DNA of 64,000 nucleotides from Marsupella aquatica (lineage: Eukaryota; Plantae; Marchantiophyta). Positions 63,391-64,000 of the stretch are shown here, piece after piece; position 1 is the first letter of the stretch; the number at the start of each line of letters is the position of its first letter. The position numbers and the translations under genes are program-made. Under the pieces are notes generated by a model. It did not search any database. It saw nothing but the letters and a program-made list of their open reading frames with translations, and had not been told where the DNA came from. Location: contig OZ316895.1 in assembly GCA_973895155.1 (NCBI GenBank), positions 21,032,803 to 21,096,802 on the forward strand. The letters are read 5' to 3'.

Positions 63391-63436
63391 CCTCCAAGGC
63401 TCAACCTCCAAGGCTCAACCTCCAAGGCTCAACCTC
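63391..63436. repeat. Minisatellite (cctccaaggctcaa) x3
   Basis: Directly visible. Confidence 0.85.
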
Positions 63437-64000
63437 ATCACTTCTCTGCCTGCCCCTTCACACCCTTCACACCCAGATGACACAAACATGATAATGCTGG
63501 TTTGTGTAATCTCACAAACAAAGTGTGTTGTGTTTGTGACTTTTGCAAACCCAATTTGGCCTATTTGTGGCCTCTTGTGCCCAACGAGGGTTCACCCTAT
63601 GTAAGCCAGGGGTTAGTTGCTGGACTCACACAATATCTGGTCATTGGTGGCTGACTTTGATCCATTCCCGGCCCAAGGTTTTTAACTGCCGCAATCATGG
63701 ACTCCATTTGACAGCTTCTGGCACTGTGGCGGTGTGTGTGTGCTCTGGCCCCTTGGGTTGTGGTTTTCTCTGTGCCCCATTGATTTTTACTATGGAGGTC
63801 TTTGAATACCCTAGCCAGGCCATTCTAGTCTTTTCTTCAAAAGGGAGAGAAAAAATTAAAAGACATACATAGCCTAAGCCTTAGAGTGAAGCCATGGGCC
63901 ATAACTTATCTGATTGGCTGAACTTTGTTGAGTAGTTGTGATGGGGGCCCAAAAATGGCCCAAGACGTATTTGTCAGAAAATACATAGTTCCAATACTTT

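Overview
Eukaryotic nuclear DNA from a land plant (GT-AG introns, Ty1/copia elements primed by tRNA-iMet). The Trk-like HKT suggests a non-seed plant, but that is inference. Bases 1-17.4 kb hold three related Ty1/copia LTR-retrotransposon families. Element C (minus strand) runs off the left edge. Element A has lost most of gag by deletion. Element B is nested in A's integrase with a matching CAGAT target-site duplication. A 5.9-kb inversion (11077-16969) flips the 3' halves of B and A; it is bounded by a ~270-bp inverted duplication and ends at an inverted PBS fused to a third B-type LTR. Families A and B share an in-frame UGA between gag and pol, followed by a synonymously conserved GYAL linker, which points to programmed stop-codon recoding. 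Bases 21-60 kb carry five multi-exon host genes, spliced by hand: MED9, an unusual LRR plus SAPS/PP6R-like protein, NOT9/RCD1/CAF40 (with a decayed duplicate of exon 1), a peroxisomal (SKL) 4CL-like acyl-CoA ligase, and a G-G-G-G Trk/HKT cation transporter. A solo LTR with TSD, a decayed LTR and several local tandem duplications are also present. All alignments were done by eye and no database searches were run.
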